From contig CAWJKZ010000013.1 in the NCBI GenBank assembly GCA_963843575.1, forward strand, positions 320,001-384,000: a stretch of 64,000 bases of DNA, given 5' to 3'. The notes under the pieces were generated by a model. The model did no database searches and was not told the DNA's origin. It saw only the letters and a program-made list of their open reading frames with translations. Shown here piece by piece: positions 29,151 through 40,093 of this stretch. This DNA is from an uncultured Acidobacteriota bacterium. Its GTDB lineage: Bacteria; Acidobacteriota; UBA6911. Each line of letters opens with the position of its first letter. The first letter of the stretch is position 1. Made by a program: the position numbers and the translations under genes.

Positions 29151-31872
29151 ATGAGCAGTAACAAAGCATTGCCGAGCGAGAGCGGTTCCCAGGTATCTTT
29201 TCACGCTGAAACGGCCCAGGCGCCGGTAGCCGGGCTCGAGTTCCCCCGCCATTTCACGCGTCCCGGCGTATCCCCTTACGACGAAATCGAGTGGGAAAGC
29301 CGGTCTGCGGTGATCACCAACGAGAAGGGGGAAGTCCTCTTTCAGCAGGAAGGGGTGGAGGTGCCGCGCGCCTGGTCGCAGTCGGCAACCAACATCGTCG
29401 TCTCGAAGTACTTTCACGGCCAGATCGGGACGCCGCAGCGCGAGCGCAGCGTGCGCCAGCTGGTGGAACGTGTCGTGCGCACCATGACCGAGTGGGGCAT
29501 CCAGGGGGGGTACTTCGCCTCCGATGCCGATGCGCAGGAATTTCCGCGACGAGCTTGCGTTCCTCCTGTTGAACCAGTACGTGTCGTTCAACTCCCCGGT
29601 CTGGTTCAACTGCGGGATCGAGCCGAAGCCGCAGTGTTCCGCCTGTTTCATCAACTCCGTCGACGACACGATGGAGTCGATCCTGGACCTGGCCAAAACC
29701 GAGGGGCGGCTCTTCAAGTGGGGTTCCGGCACGGGCACCAACCTCTCCCCGCTGCGTTCCTCGCGGGCGCGGCTGTCCAGGGGCGGCATCGCCTCGGGAC
29801 CGGTCAGCTTCATGAAGGGTTTCGACGCGTTTGCCGGGGTCATCAAGAGCGGCGGCAAGACGCGCCGGGCCGCCAAGATGGTGATCCTGAACATCGACCA
29901 CCCCGACATCGTGGAATTCATCGAGTGCAAGGCCAAGGAGGAAAAGAAGGCGTGGACGCTCATCGACGCCGGCTACGACGGCGCGGTGGACGGCGAGGCC
30001 TACGGCAGCATCTTCTTCCAGAACGCCAACAACAGCGTCCGGGTCACGGACGAGTTCATGAAGGCCGTCGAGCAGGACGGCCCAGTGGCAGACGCGCGAG
30101 CGCGGGCACCGACGAGGTCGTCCAGACCTACCGGGCGCGCGACCTCATGCGCAGGATCGCGGAGTCGGCCCACGTCTGCGGCGATCCCGGAATGCAGTTC
30201 GACACGACGATCAACCGGTGGCACACGTGCAAGAACACGGCGCGCATCAACGCCTCCAATCCCTGTTCGGAATACATGTTCCTCGACGATTCCGCCTGCA
30301 ATCTGGCCTCGTTCAACCTGATGAAGTTCGTCGACGCGAAGGGGGGCTTCGACGTGACGAGCTTCCGCAGGGCCGTCGACGTCGTGATCTCGGCGCAGGA
30401 GTTCATCGTCGGCAACGCGAGCTATCCGACCGAGAAGATCGCCGTCAACAGCCACCAGTACCGGCCGCTCGGGATGGGCTACGCCAACCTGGGCGCCCTG
30501 CTGATGTACAACGGCCTCGCCTACGACAGCGACGAGGGGCGCGATTTCGCCGCCGCGATCACCGCGGTCATGACCGGCGAGGCCTACCTGCAGTCCGCGC
30601 GCATCGCGGCGAAGCTCGGGCCTTTCCCCGGCTACCCGCGCAACCGCGACTCGTTCCTCGAGGTGATGCGGATGCACCGCAACGCCGTGCAGAAGATCGA
30701 CCCGAACCGGGTCTCCAAAGACCTCTTGCAGGCGGCCCAGGAGTGCTGGGATCTCGCGGTCCTCGAGGGGACCGTGCACGGCTACCGGAACGCCCAGGCG
30801 ACGGTGCTGGCGCCGACCGGCACCATCGGGTTCATGATGGACTGCGACACCACCGGGGTGGAGCCCGACCTCGCGCTCGTGAAATTCAAGAAGCTGGTCG
30901 GCGGCGGGATGATGAAGATCGTCAACAACACGGTCCCCGCGGCGCTCCGCAAGCTCGGCTACTCCGACGCGCAGGTGCAGTCGATCACGAAATACATCGA
31001 CGAGAACGGCACGATCGAGGGGGCGCCTGAGATCAAGCCGGAACACCTCCCCGTGTTCGACTGCGCGTTCAAGGCGCAGCGCGGCACCCGGTCGATCCAC
31101 TACATGGGGCACATCAAAATGATGAGCGCCGTGCAGCCGTTCATCTCCGGCGCGATCTCGAAGACCGTGAACGTGCCCGAGGCGACCACGATCGAGGAGA
31201 TCATGGAAGCCTACATGCAGGCGTGGAAGCTGGGGGTCAAGGCGATCGCGATCTATCGCGACAACTCCAAGCGCACCCAGCCGCTGAACGTCGCCAAGAC
31301 GGCGAAACCGGCCCAGCCGGAGTTCCGGCCCGTGCGCCGCAAGCTCCCGGCCGAGCGCCGCGCCATCACCCACAAGTTCAGCATCGGCGGGCACGAGGGC
31401 TACATCACGGTCGGCATGTACGACGACGGGCAGCCCGGCGAGATATTCCTGGTGATGGCCAAGGAAGGGAGCGCGATCTCCGGCCTGATGGATTCTTTCG
31501 CCACCGCGGTCTCCCTCACCCTGCAGTACGGGGTGCCGCATCAAGGTCCTGATCGACAAGTTCTCGCACGTGCGCTTCGAGCCGTCGGGGCACACGGGCA
31601 ACCCGGAGATCCCGTTCGCCAAGTCGATCGTGGACTACATATTCCGCTGGCTGGCCTCGAAGTTCCTCTCGCGCGACGAGCAGTTCCAGACCGGCGTGCA
31701 CGTCCTGGAAGCGTTGCCCGGCAAGACCGGCGCGGCCACACCGCTCAACGATCTGAAATCGATGTACGCCCTGGACGACGCGCCCACCTGCGCCAGCTGC
31801 GGCAGCATCATGGTGCGCAACGGCTCCTGCTACAAGTGCATGAACTGCGGCGACACCAGCGGCTGTTCGTAG
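29151..31872 (+). CDS. nrdJ: Class II (adenosylcobalamin-dependent) ribonucleotide reductase; frameshifts near 29541, 30083 and 31540
   Basis: FNSPVWFN, PQCSACFI, GGKTRRAAKM, SNPCSEY, APTGTI, ISGAISKTVN, TSCPD-type domain and C-terminal C..CG...C.KC.NCG zinc ribbon, spread over three frames. Confidence 0.95.
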
Positions 31873-31904
31873 CAAACCAAGTAGTTCCAGCTGCCCTGCA
31901 CAGC

Positions 31905-31943
31905 AACCGCAAACGGCGTCCGGGCTGAAGCCCGGACCCACTT
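31905..31943. repeat. Family B REP (single)
   Basis: accgcaaacggcgtccgggctgaagcccggacccactt between convergent genes. Confidence 0.82.
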
Positions 31944-31986
31944 GGGTTCAGGGGTGGACCTCTTTAAATCCGTTCCATTGATCGCC

Positions 31987-33843
31987 TTACGCGCGGCGGG
32001 CGTAGTAGCCTTTGCGCGTCCGGGCCACGGCGTCCTGGTTGTTCTTGATGCGCACCCTCACCGCCCGCCACGCCCCGTCCTGGGCCTTATTGGTGGGGCT
32101 GTACCCGATCCGGTACTGTACCCTCAGGTCGTCGGCGATTTCCGAGTAGACGCCGCGCAGGTCTTCGATCACCTTGGGCGCATACATGCGCCCGCCGGTC
32201 TGATCGGCGATCATCTGGAGTTGCTCCCTCGCCTTGTCATAGACCGCCCTGCTCACGCCGCCGCCCCCTCCGCCGGGGTAGCGCCGCGAGCGTCCGCTCC
32301 TCCCGCCGCCCAGGATATCCCCGAGGATAATTCCCACCACGCCGCCGGTGGAGGTCGGGTTGCCGGTCATCCCGCCCGCGTCACCCTCGGTGTCGAGGAA
32401 GATCGGATAGATGATCGGCTCGATCTCCTGGACCTTCCGGTAGAGCTGATCGAAGGAGATGCGCGACCCTTCGCCCGTATTCCCCGCGAGCTGGTTGTCG
32501 ACGCCGTCGGTAAAGACGACGACCGCCTTGCGTCCTTCAACGGAGCGCATGTACTCGTCCACGCTACGGTCGAGCGCGTCGTAAAATGCGGTGCCCCCGC
32601 CCGAGCGGACCCCGTTGATGGCGCGGGCGACCTCGGCCCGGCTGCTGGTGAAGTCCTGGACGAGCTGCACGCGGCTGTTGAACACGGCGACCGCGATGCG
32701 GTCGTTCTGCTTGATCTGCTTGGTGAAGTCGATCGACGCCGTCTTGATCAGGTGCAGGTACGATTCGGTGCTGCCGCTCACGTCGAGGAGCAACAGGAGG
32801 TTGAACGGCACCTCCGTCGGCTCGAACTGGTCGACCGTCTGCTGCACGCCGTCCTCGTACACCACGAAGTCATCCTGCCGGAGATCCGGCAGGCTGCGAT
32901 TGGACACCCTGTCGCGTACCGAGACGTTCAGGAACACCCAGTCGACGTTAACCTTGAACGTCGGGTTGCCCTCGGAGTTCTGCGTGGGCGGCTGCCCTCC
33001 CTGGCTTACCTCGCGCTGCTGCTGCTGCGGGGGCGCCTGCCGCGGCTCCGGCTGCCGCGGTTCCGGCTGAGCCGGCGCGGCCGGAGGCTCATTGTCCCGT
33101 CGAGCGGGGTTCTGCGGCGCCGGATTCCGGGGGATGGGGAGGGCCGTGACCTGCCCTACGTCCATCCGCACGGGACCGTTCAGGCTGGAGACATACAGCA
33201 GCGGCCCGCCCGACCCCACCTGCTTTTCCATTACCGCGCCCTGCGGCTGGGGGCTGTTCCCCCAGGTCAGGCGGCCCCCGGCGCGCGCCCAGATCCTCAG
33301 GTTGACGGTGGGAGCAAGCTCGCAGCCAACCTGGCCGTGAGCGGTCTCGATCCGCGCATCCCCAGAAGGCTGGGTGCGGAGGTGATAGACGATGTCTCCG
33401 CGGTCCGAGATGAGCGACACCGAAGAGGTCAGGTCCTCGGCCGTAATCTGGCCGGTCATGCTGCTCACCCGCACATAGCCGTCCATGCCCTGAACGACGA
33501 CTTCCGGGTTTGCCCCCGAAATCATGACGTTGACGAACCGGGGTGCCTGCACTTCGAGGTCGACGGACTCGCCGGGAGTGTCGCCGAAAAACGAGTAGAG
33601 GAAGATCCTGTCGCCGGCCTTCTGCGAGGCCAGGCGTACGTGCTCGGTGCCGCCCGACGCCAGCGTAGCCCGCGCCGTGGCCTCCACCTGGGCACCCGAG
33701 GAGGCACGGACCTGGACGCGGCCATAGTCGTTCTGGATGACCAGGGTGTCGCCGGGTTGCGCCGGAAACGACTTCGTCTCGACAGGCGCCGCCCAGGCCC
33801 TACCGGCCAGCAGTACGGTAAGTATCGCCACACACAGTTTCAC
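31987..33843 (-). CDS. Secreted VWA-domain protein (Acidobacterial type) with N-terminal DUF4097/adhesin-like beta region
   Basis: GTG start with signal peptide; FKVNVDWV..NVSV.D, MIDAS DVSGS, GGTAFYDAL, VVFTDGVD, TGGR, QYRIGY, RKGYY. Confidence 0.87.
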   Translation of the reverse strand: MKLCVAILTVLLAGRAWAAPVETKSFPAQPGDTLVIQNDYGRVQVRASSGAQVEATARATLASGGTEHVRLASQKAGDRIFLYSFFGDTPGESVDLEVQAPRFVNVMISGANPEVVVQGMDGYVRVSSMTGQITAEDLTSSVSLISDRGDIVYHLRTQPSGDARIETAHGQVGCELAPTVNLRIWARAGGRLTWGNSPQPQGAVMEKQVGSGGPLLYVSSLNGPVRMDVGQVTALPIPRNPAPQNPARRDNEPPAAPAQPEPRQPEPRQAPPQQQQREVSQGGQPPTQNSEGNPTFKVNVDWVFLNVSVRDRVSNRSLPDLRQDDFVVYEDGVQQTVDQFEPTEVPFNLLLLLDVSGSTESYLHLIKTASIDFTKQIKQNDRIAVAVFNSRVQLVQDFTSSRAEVARAINGVRSGGGTAFYDALDRSVDEYMRSVEGRKAVVVFTDGVDNQLAGNTGEGSRISFDQLYRKVQEIEPIIYPIFLDTEGDAGGMTGNPTSTGGVVGIILGDILGGGRSGRSRRYPGGGGGGVSRAVYDKAREQLQMIADQTGGRMYAPKVIEDLRGVYSEIADDLRVQYRIGYSPTNKAQDGAWRAVRVRIKNNQDAVARTRKGYYARRA

Positions 33844-33894
33844 GGTCGCCCCTTGGATAAGATGCACACCGTTCCCCCGCAGTTCAATGGAAGG

Positions 33895-33952
33895 TCGGCG
33901 ACTAGGCGCCGACCCCAAAGCGGCGTCGAGCCAGTCGAGCCGCCGCACTCCA
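33895..33952. repeat. Family A repeat (right half, with internal gtcgagcc stutter)
   Basis: gtcggcgactaggcgccgaccccaaagcggcgtcgagccagtcgagccgccgcactcca. Confidence 0.82.
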
Positions 33953-33970
33953 AGGTGATAGAATTCGCCC

Positions 33971-36733
33971 ATGAGATACCATCGAGTCGTTCCGTTTGTC
34001 GCGCTAATTCTCATTTCCACCCCGGCCCTGTTCGCGGCGAAGGTGCCGCCTGCCGATCTTTGGACCCCCGCGGTCGTCGCCCAGATCCGCGATCGCGGCA
34101 CCCTCGACGTCTCCATATCTCAACACCTGGGCTACGCCGACGTCTTCTTCACCTCGAATCCGTCCGCCGGCTGGTTCGACTCGGCGCCCCCCTATGCCGA
34201 GCAACACGGGAAGATCCGGATTCACGCCATTCTCGCGTCCCCCCTGGTCGGCGGTCCGTACCCCGCCATAGTCATCGGCCACGGACACCATGGGCACGCG
34301 GACGCGAACCTGGCGCTGCTCGTGGCCAGCCTCGGCTATGTCGCGCTGGCCATCGACGGGCCCGAGGCCGGGCAGTCGACGGGCGGCCCGGATGACGAAA
34401 ACCAGGCCTGGATCTCCGTCGACAACGGCCCGCAGTACAGCTACCTGTATCACCACGCCTACGCGGGCATGCGCGCCCTCACCCTGCTCGAACAGCTGGC
34501 TGCCTACATCGGGAACCCCTACCGCATCGACACGAGCAAGTTCGCCGTGCTGGGCGCCTCGATGGGCGGGATCCTCGCCACGTACATGAACGGTGTGGAC
34601 GATCGGCTGAAGTCGGCCGTGATCATCGCCGCGGCCGGGGACTGGCAGCACACCCTGCGCTACCCGAACTCGTGGCTTTACCACGGGATCTACGCCTCCA
34701 CCCGAGACCTGCCGTACAACGGAAGCGATCCCCTGAACTCCGTCGAAAACGTCGACACGGACCCCACGGTCATCGACTTCGTGAACTACTTCGACCCGAT
34801 CCGCTATGCCGGACGCCAGCACGCACCGGCCCTGACCGTCATCGGTACCCACGACGAGTACTTCCCCATCCCGACCGCCAATCTCACGCAGCTGGCCATG
34901 GAGCCCGCGGGCAGCCAGGCCAACTTCCAGAAGCGCGTCTGGTTCCTGCCCAATGCGCCGCACCAGTTCGACGCCTCCGCCGACATGGTAAGCCTCGTCG
35001 CCGGAATCCGGCAGTGGCTGGACTTCTCTTTCGGCAAACGGGAGGAACCGCTGGCGACCCCAACGATCACGCAATCGGGGACGTCCGGGCTCCGCTTCGA
35101 GATCGCGCTGGCGGAGCCGTCGGACCGGCTCGACGGGGCGATCGTGTCGCTGTTTGCCGCCGACCGCATCGATACGACCGGCAGCCCGATCCGGGATTTC
35201 AAGGAGTACGCCGCACGCCGCGAGGGCGATAAGTTCGTGGTGCAGTTCCCGGACGGCGAGCGGACGGCGTCGGGAGCGGTGCTGACCGCCGGGAACGCCA
35301 TCTATTACGCGACTGCGGTGGACGGGGACGGGTTGCCGGTTTCCTCGCTCATGTACAAAGGGGGCCTGCCCATAGACCTCTCGACGGATTTCACCCTCGT
35401 GATCCGGCCCTACCCGGACGCCGGCCCCGTCGCACCCGTGCCTCCGCCGGCCAGCTACGCGTCCGAGCAGGTCACGAGTTCCTCGGCGGTCCCGGGCGGA
35501 GCCGCCTACCAGGGGATGGCGCTGACCAACGCGACCGACCGGCCGATGACGGTGAAACTGCAGGCCTATACCGCCGAGGGGCGCATCGCGGCCGCCGAGG
35601 GGCTGGCCAACCCTGCGTTCCTGCGGATCCCTCCGCACGAACAGAAGATCTTCCTGGCCGAGGAGTGGCTCGGCGAAGGGGCGCGCCACCTCGACGGCAG
35701 CTTTCGTGCATTCTGGAGCGACGCGGAGGCGACCTCCCTCTCCTTCCGCGGCAACGTCTCCCCTTCGCAGCTCGACGATATCGGGCCCCTGGGCGCGGCC
35801 GCCGGCCCGCTCTGGCTTCCCCTCGCACGGGAACAGGAGCCGGGCGCGGTGCGGCGCCTGCGTCTGTTCGGCGGCGGGACTGCTGCCGACGTGCAGGTCC
35901 TCTTCCGCGGCAACGCCCTTTCCACCCGTTGGGACGGACGGGTACCCGCGTCGGGGATGTCAGAAATCCCGCTGAACGTCGCCGCGGACGTCGCGGAAAT
36001 CCACTCGCCCGTCCCCGTTTCGGCGCGCCTGGAGGTCAGCCCCGCCCATGATCCGTGGGGTATCGACGCCGCGGCGGCCCCGGCGGGCGCCCGCTACGTC
36101 CAGCCCCACGTCGAACTGAACGGGCTCTTCACGACACGCGTACTCCTGGTCAACACCTCGGCTTCCCCGCTGACGGCAACCCTGAGGCTCCGCAACCGCG
36201 CCGGCCAGCGCCTGGCCCCCGACGTCGCCAGGACAGTGCCGGGAAGCTCCGCCGCCGGGGAGACCGCAGAGACGCTCTTCGGCATCGACCCATCGGCGCC
36301 CGCGGACTCCGGCTGGATCGAGGCCGAAACGCGGGGCGGCGGACTGTTGATTTCGGCGCTCGCGGCGGACCGGCACGGCGGCGCCGCCGCTGCCTCCGCG
36401 TTCCAGGCCGCCGCCGCGGGGTCCTGGTCGATGCCCTATTTCGTGGAGAATGCCGGGTACTACACGGGCCTCGCCATCGCCAACCCGGGCGACGCAACCG
36501 CATCGGTCACGATCACCGCATACGACCCGTCCGGCGGGGTCCTCGGCAGGGAGAGCGTGGATCTGGCGCCCCAGGCGAGCTCGACCCGGCTGGTCGCCCA
36601 GTGGCTCCCCGGACTTCCGCCCGAGGCTACCGGGCAAATCGTAATCACGGCGTCGGCCCCGGTAGCGCTGCTGGCTTATTTCGGCACCGACGACGGAGCC
36701 TCCCTGGCCGCCATCCCCTTCACCTCCCGCTGA
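33971..36733 (+). CDS. Secreted alpha/beta hydrolase with long beta-rich C-terminal extension
   Basis: Signal peptide; IGHGHHG, nucleophile elbow GASMGG, GTHDEYF (Asp), PNAPH (His); repeated G.A..N modules C-terminally (YQGMALTN, YTGLAIANP). Confidence 0.8.
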   Translation: MRYHRVVPFVALILISTPALFAAKVPPADLWTPAVVAQIRDRGTLDVSISQHLGYADVFFTSNPSAGWFDSAPPYAEQHGKIRIHAILASPLVGGPYPAIVIGHGHHGHADANLALLVASLGYVALAIDGPEAGQSTGGPDDENQAWISVDNGPQYSYLYHHAYAGMRALTLLEQLAAYIGNPYRIDTSKFAVLGASMGGILATYMNGVDDRLKSAVIIAAAGDWQHTLRYPNSWLYHGIYASTRDLPYNGSDPLNSVENVDTDPTVIDFVNYFDPIRYAGRQHAPALTVIGTHDEYFPIPTANLTQLAMEPAGSQANFQKRVWFLPNAPHQFDASADMVSLVAGIRQWLDFSFGKREEPLATPTITQSGTSGLRFEIALAEPSDRLDGAIVSLFAADRIDTTGSPIRDFKEYAARREGDKFVVQFPDGERTASGAVLTAGNAIYYATAVDGDGLPVSSLMYKGGLPIDLSTDFTLVIRPYPDAGPVAPVPPPASYASEQVTSSSAVPGGAAYQGMALTNATDRPMTVKLQAYTAEGRIAAAEGLANPAFLRIPPHEQKIFLAEEWLGEGARHLDGSFRAFWSDAEATSLSFRGNVSPSQLDDIGPLGAAAGPLWLPLAREQEPGAVRRLRLFGGGTAADVQVLFRGNALSTRWDGRVPASGMSEIPLNVAADVAEIHSPVPVSARLEVSPAHDPWGIDAAAAPAGARYVQPHVELNGLFTTRVLLVNTSASPLTATLRLRNRAGQRLAPDVARTVPGSSAAGETAETLFGIDPSAPADSGWIEAETRGGGLLISALAADRHGGAAAASAFQAAAAGSWSMPYFVENAGYYTGLAIANPGDATASVTITAYDPSGGVLGRESVDLAPQASSTRLVAQWLPGLPPEATGQIVITASAPVALLAYFGTDDGASLAAIPFTSR

Positions 36734-36750
36734 AAGCAAGGGAGTGAATA

Positions 36751-36987
36751 GAATGTGGCCAACGGGGTATAACGCTCATGAAATTCATTCGCCTCCTGCT
36801 CCACAACCTCTGGAGTGCGGTGCCTCGGCGCCGCTGTCTGGATTTCGCTGCACCGGTAGACAGCTGCGGGAGGGCGGCGCCTAGGCGCCGCCCACAAAGC
36901 GGCGTCGAGCCGCCGCACTCCAGAGGGAATGTGGCCAACGGGGTATAACGCTCATGAAATTCATCCGCCTCCTGCTCCACAACCTCT
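36751..36987. repeat. 61-bp direct repeats (36751-36811, 36927-36987) flanking a family A element (36811-36922)
   Basis: gaatgtggccaacggggtataacgctcatgaaattcat(t/c)cgcctcctgctccacaacctct occurs twice with one mismatch. Confidence 0.92.
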
Positions 36988-38123
36988 TGCGGAACCGCCG
37001 CCGTACGTTCCTGACCGTCTCGAGCATCGCGGTCTCGCTGTTTCTCATCGCGACCCTGCTCACCGTGCTGCACGAGATGGAGAACCCGCCGCAGACGCCC
37101 GATTCGGCGCTGCGGTTGATCGCGCGGCACCGTGTTTCGCTGGCCAACATCCTTCCGATGTCCTATCGCGCCAAGATTCAGCGCATGGAAGGCGTCGACT
37201 CCGCCGTGGGGTCCATGTGGTTCGGGGGCGTGTACAAAGAACCCAAGAACTTCTTCGCCAACTTCGCCGTCGACACCGATCAGTTCTTCCGGGTCTATTC
37301 CGACGTGCAGATGCCCGAGGAGCAGAAGCAGGCGTTCCTGAAGGACCGGACGGGCGCCATCGTGGGGCAAAGCCTGGCCGAACGCTTCGGCTGGAAACTG
37401 GGCGACAGGATCACGCTCCAGGGGGCCCTGTTCGACTTCGATGCGGAGCTGACCGTGCGCGGCATCTACACCGGCGGCGGCGACGACGGCAGCACCCTCT
37501 ATTTCCAGTGGGCCTATTTCAACGAGGGGATGAAGAAGGTGTTCGGCAATGCGGGCGAGGAGGTGAACTTCACCGGCTTCTACGCGATCCGGGCGGAGTC
37601 TCCGGAACTGGTTCCCGCGATCGCCGAGCGCGTCGACGCGGAGTTCAAGAACACGAGCGCTCCCACCAAGACCGAGAGCGAGAAGGCCTTCGTCCTCGGC
37701 TTCATTTCGATGATGGGCAACGTCCGGCTGCTCGTGACCAGCATCTGTTCCGTCGTGATCTTCACGATCGTGCTGGTCGCCGCCAATACAATGGCCATGT
37801 CGATCCGGGAGCGCGTGCGCGAGATCGGCATCCTCAAGGCGCTCGGCTTCCGCCGCGCCCAGATACTGAGCATGCTGCTGGGCGAATCGATCCTCCTCTC
37901 GATGGGGGGCGCCCTGCTGGGCGCCTGCGCCGCGAAATTCCTGTATTCGGGGGCGAAGATGGGGGCGGTGACGGGCGGCATGTTCCAGCGGTTCTACGTG
38001 ACGCCGGGGATTGTGGCGCTCTGCGCCGCCATCGGCCTCGCGGTGGGCCTGGTGTCCGCCGGTGTCCCCGCCTGGCAGGCCGCGCGCCGCAAGGTCGTGG
38101 ACGCGCTGCGCGAGATTGCCTGA
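36954..38123 (+). CDS. ABC transporter permease (MacB/FtsX family)
   Basis: RNRRRTFLT N-terminal TM, periplasmic domain, SIRERVREIGILKALGF. Confidence 0.92.
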   Translation: MKFIRLLLHNLLRNRRRTFLTVSSIAVSLFLIATLLTVLHEMENPPQTPDSALRLIARHRVSLANILPMSYRAKIQRMEGVDSAVGSMWFGGVYKEPKNFFANFAVDTDQFFRVYSDVQMPEEQKQAFLKDRTGAIVGQSLAERFGWKLGDRITLQGALFDFDAELTVRGIYTGGGDDGSTLYFQWAYFNEGMKKVFGNAGEEVNFTGFYAIRAESPELVPAIAERVDAEFKNTSAPTKTESEKAFVLGFISMMGNVRLLVTSICSVVIFTIVLVAANTMAMSIRERVREIGILKALGFRRAQILSMLLGESILLSMGGALLGACAAKFLYSGAKMGAVTGGMFQRFYVTPGIVALCAAIGLAVGLVSAGVPAWQAARRKVVDALREIA

Positions 38124-38151
38124 GGGCCGCGGGAGGTCCAGAGGAAGCGAC

Positions 38152-39309
38152 ATGAAGATACCTTTGCGCTACAACATCGGCAGCCTGTGGGTGAGACGGA
38201 CCGGGACCCTGATGGCCGTGCTCGGGATCGGGTTCACCGTCTCGATCGTGGTCGTGATGATGGCCCTGGTCAACGGCCTCGACTCCACCTTTGTCGACAC
38301 CGGCCAGGAAAACCAGCTCATCGTCATCCGGAAAGGCGGCCTGAACGAGGTCAACAGCTACTTTCTGCGCGACCTCTATCCGACCATCAAGTTCATGCCG
38401 GGCATCGCCAAGGCGGCTGGGGGCGAGCCGTTGGTGGTCGGCGAGAGCATCGTCATTGTCAACCACACGCGGCTGAAGGGCGACACGTCCAATCTCATCG
38501 TGCGTGGCACGTCGGAAATGGGCTATGTCCTGAGGCCCGAGGTGAAGGTCGTCGAAGGGCGCACGTTCCGGCCCGGCCTGCGCGAGATCAACGTGAGCCG
38601 CTCGGTTTCGAAGCGCTTCCAGAGCATGGCGCTCGGTCAGAGCGTCCACTTCGCCCGCAGCGACTGGAAGGTGGTCGGCGTCTTCGACGCGGCGGGAACC
38701 GCATTCGACTCGGAGGTGTGGGCGGATTACGGCGACATCAGCGACGAGTGGGGGCGCCCCAGCTACTCGTCGATCCTGCTCCGGGCGGAAAACGCGAACG
38801 CCGCCGCCGACATCCAGAAGAGGATCGCCGCCGACCGGCGCCTGAATCTGCAGGCCCTGCAGCAGCGCGCCTACTACGCCGAGCAGACCTCCACCTCGAT
38901 CGGGATCAAGGCCCTCGGGTATTTCATCGCGATCGTGATGGGGATCGGGGCGAGTTTCGCGGCCATGAACATGATGTACTCGGCGGTGATGTCGCGCTCC
39001 AAGGAAGTCGCCACCCTGCGCGCCATCGGGTTCCGCAAGCGGAGCATCCTTGCGTCTTTCCTCATGGAATCGGTTCTCCTGGGGATCGCGGGAGGCGTCC
39101 TCGGCTGCCTGCTCGCGCTCCCCATGCACGGGCTGTCGTCCGGCACCGCCAATTTCCAGACGTTCAGCGAGGTCCTGTTCAATTTCCGGATCACACCGGG
39201 GATCCTGATGAAGGGCGTGCTGTTTTCGGCGGTCGTCGGGGCGCTCGGCGGTTTCCTGCCGGCGCGCAAAGCGGCCCGCGCGCCGCTGATCTCCGTGATG
39301 CGCGACTAG
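38152..39309 (+). CDS. ABC transporter permease (MacB/FtsX family)
   Basis: SRSKEVATLRAIGF, FLMES, PARKAAR. Confidence 0.92.
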   Translation: MKIPLRYNIGSLWVRRTGTLMAVLGIGFTVSIVVVMMALVNGLDSTFVDTGQENQLIVIRKGGLNEVNSYFLRDLYPTIKFMPGIAKAAGGEPLVVGESIVIVNHTRLKGDTSNLIVRGTSEMGYVLRPEVKVVEGRTFRPGLREINVSRSVSKRFQSMALGQSVHFARSDWKVVGVFDAAGTAFDSEVWADYGDISDEWGRPSYSSILLRAENANAAADIQKRIAADRRLNLQALQQRAYYAEQTSTSIGIKALGYFIAIVMGIGASFAAMNMMYSAVMSRSKEVATLRAIGFRKRSILASFLMESVLLGIAGGVLGCLLALPMHGLSSGTANFQTFSEVLFNFRITPGILMKGVLFSAVVGALGGFLPARKAARAPLISVMRD

Positions 39310-39319
39310 TGTGCCGGTG

Positions 39320-39347
39320 GTGGGCCGCGGCGGCTCGCCGCGGCCCC
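39320..39347. repeat. Family A' REP (single)
   Basis: gtgggccgcggcggctcgccgcggcccc. Confidence 0.7.
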
Positions 39348-39387
39348 AGATGCTCGCGCGTGGTCTGGCTACTTCAAGAGGTTGAGC

Positions 39388-40093
39388 ATGAGCGAACCGT
39401 TGATCCGCATGAAGGGCTTGACAAAGACGTTCCGGCGCGACGGCAGCGAAATCCAAGTCCTGCGGGGCATCGACCTGCAGGTGTTCCCCGGGGACTTCGT
39501 CAGCCTGATGGGCCCGTCGGGTTCCGGAAAAAGCACCCTGCTCAACATCATCGCCGGGATCGACCGCCCCAGCGGCGGCGAGCTGCACGTCCTGGACGCG
39601 GAGATACTCTCGATGAGCGAGGACGAGCTGGCGACCTGGCGCAACCACCACGTCGGCTTCGTGTTCCAGCACTTCAACCTGATCCCCGTCCTGACCGCCT
39701 TCGGCAACGTCGAGCTCCCGCTGCTGCTGACGAGCCTCTCGCGCAAGGAACGGCGCGAGCACGTCATGACGGCACTGAAGCTGGTCGGCCTGACCGACCG
39801 GGCCGACCATTACCCGCGCCAGCTGTCGGGCGGGCGAGGAACAGCGAGTCGCCATCGCCCGGGCCATCGTCACCGACCCGACATTCGTGCTTGCAGACGA
39901 GCCGACGGGCGATCTGGACGCCGAATCCGCGACGGAGGTGATGAAGGTGCTGGCGGGGTTGAACGAGCAGTTCAAGAAGACCGTCATCCTGGTGACGCAC
40001 GACCCGCGTGCCGCCGCATACGCGTCCACACGCCACTACCTGGACAAGGGCGTCCTCATGGAACCCCCCACGTCCGCGGCCAACGCGTCGTAA
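39388..40093 (+). CDS. ABC transporter ATP-binding protein (LolD/MacB-like); frameshift near 39836
   Basis: [19 protein letters not shown], then shifted [10 protein letters not shown] and VTHD. Confidence 0.93.
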
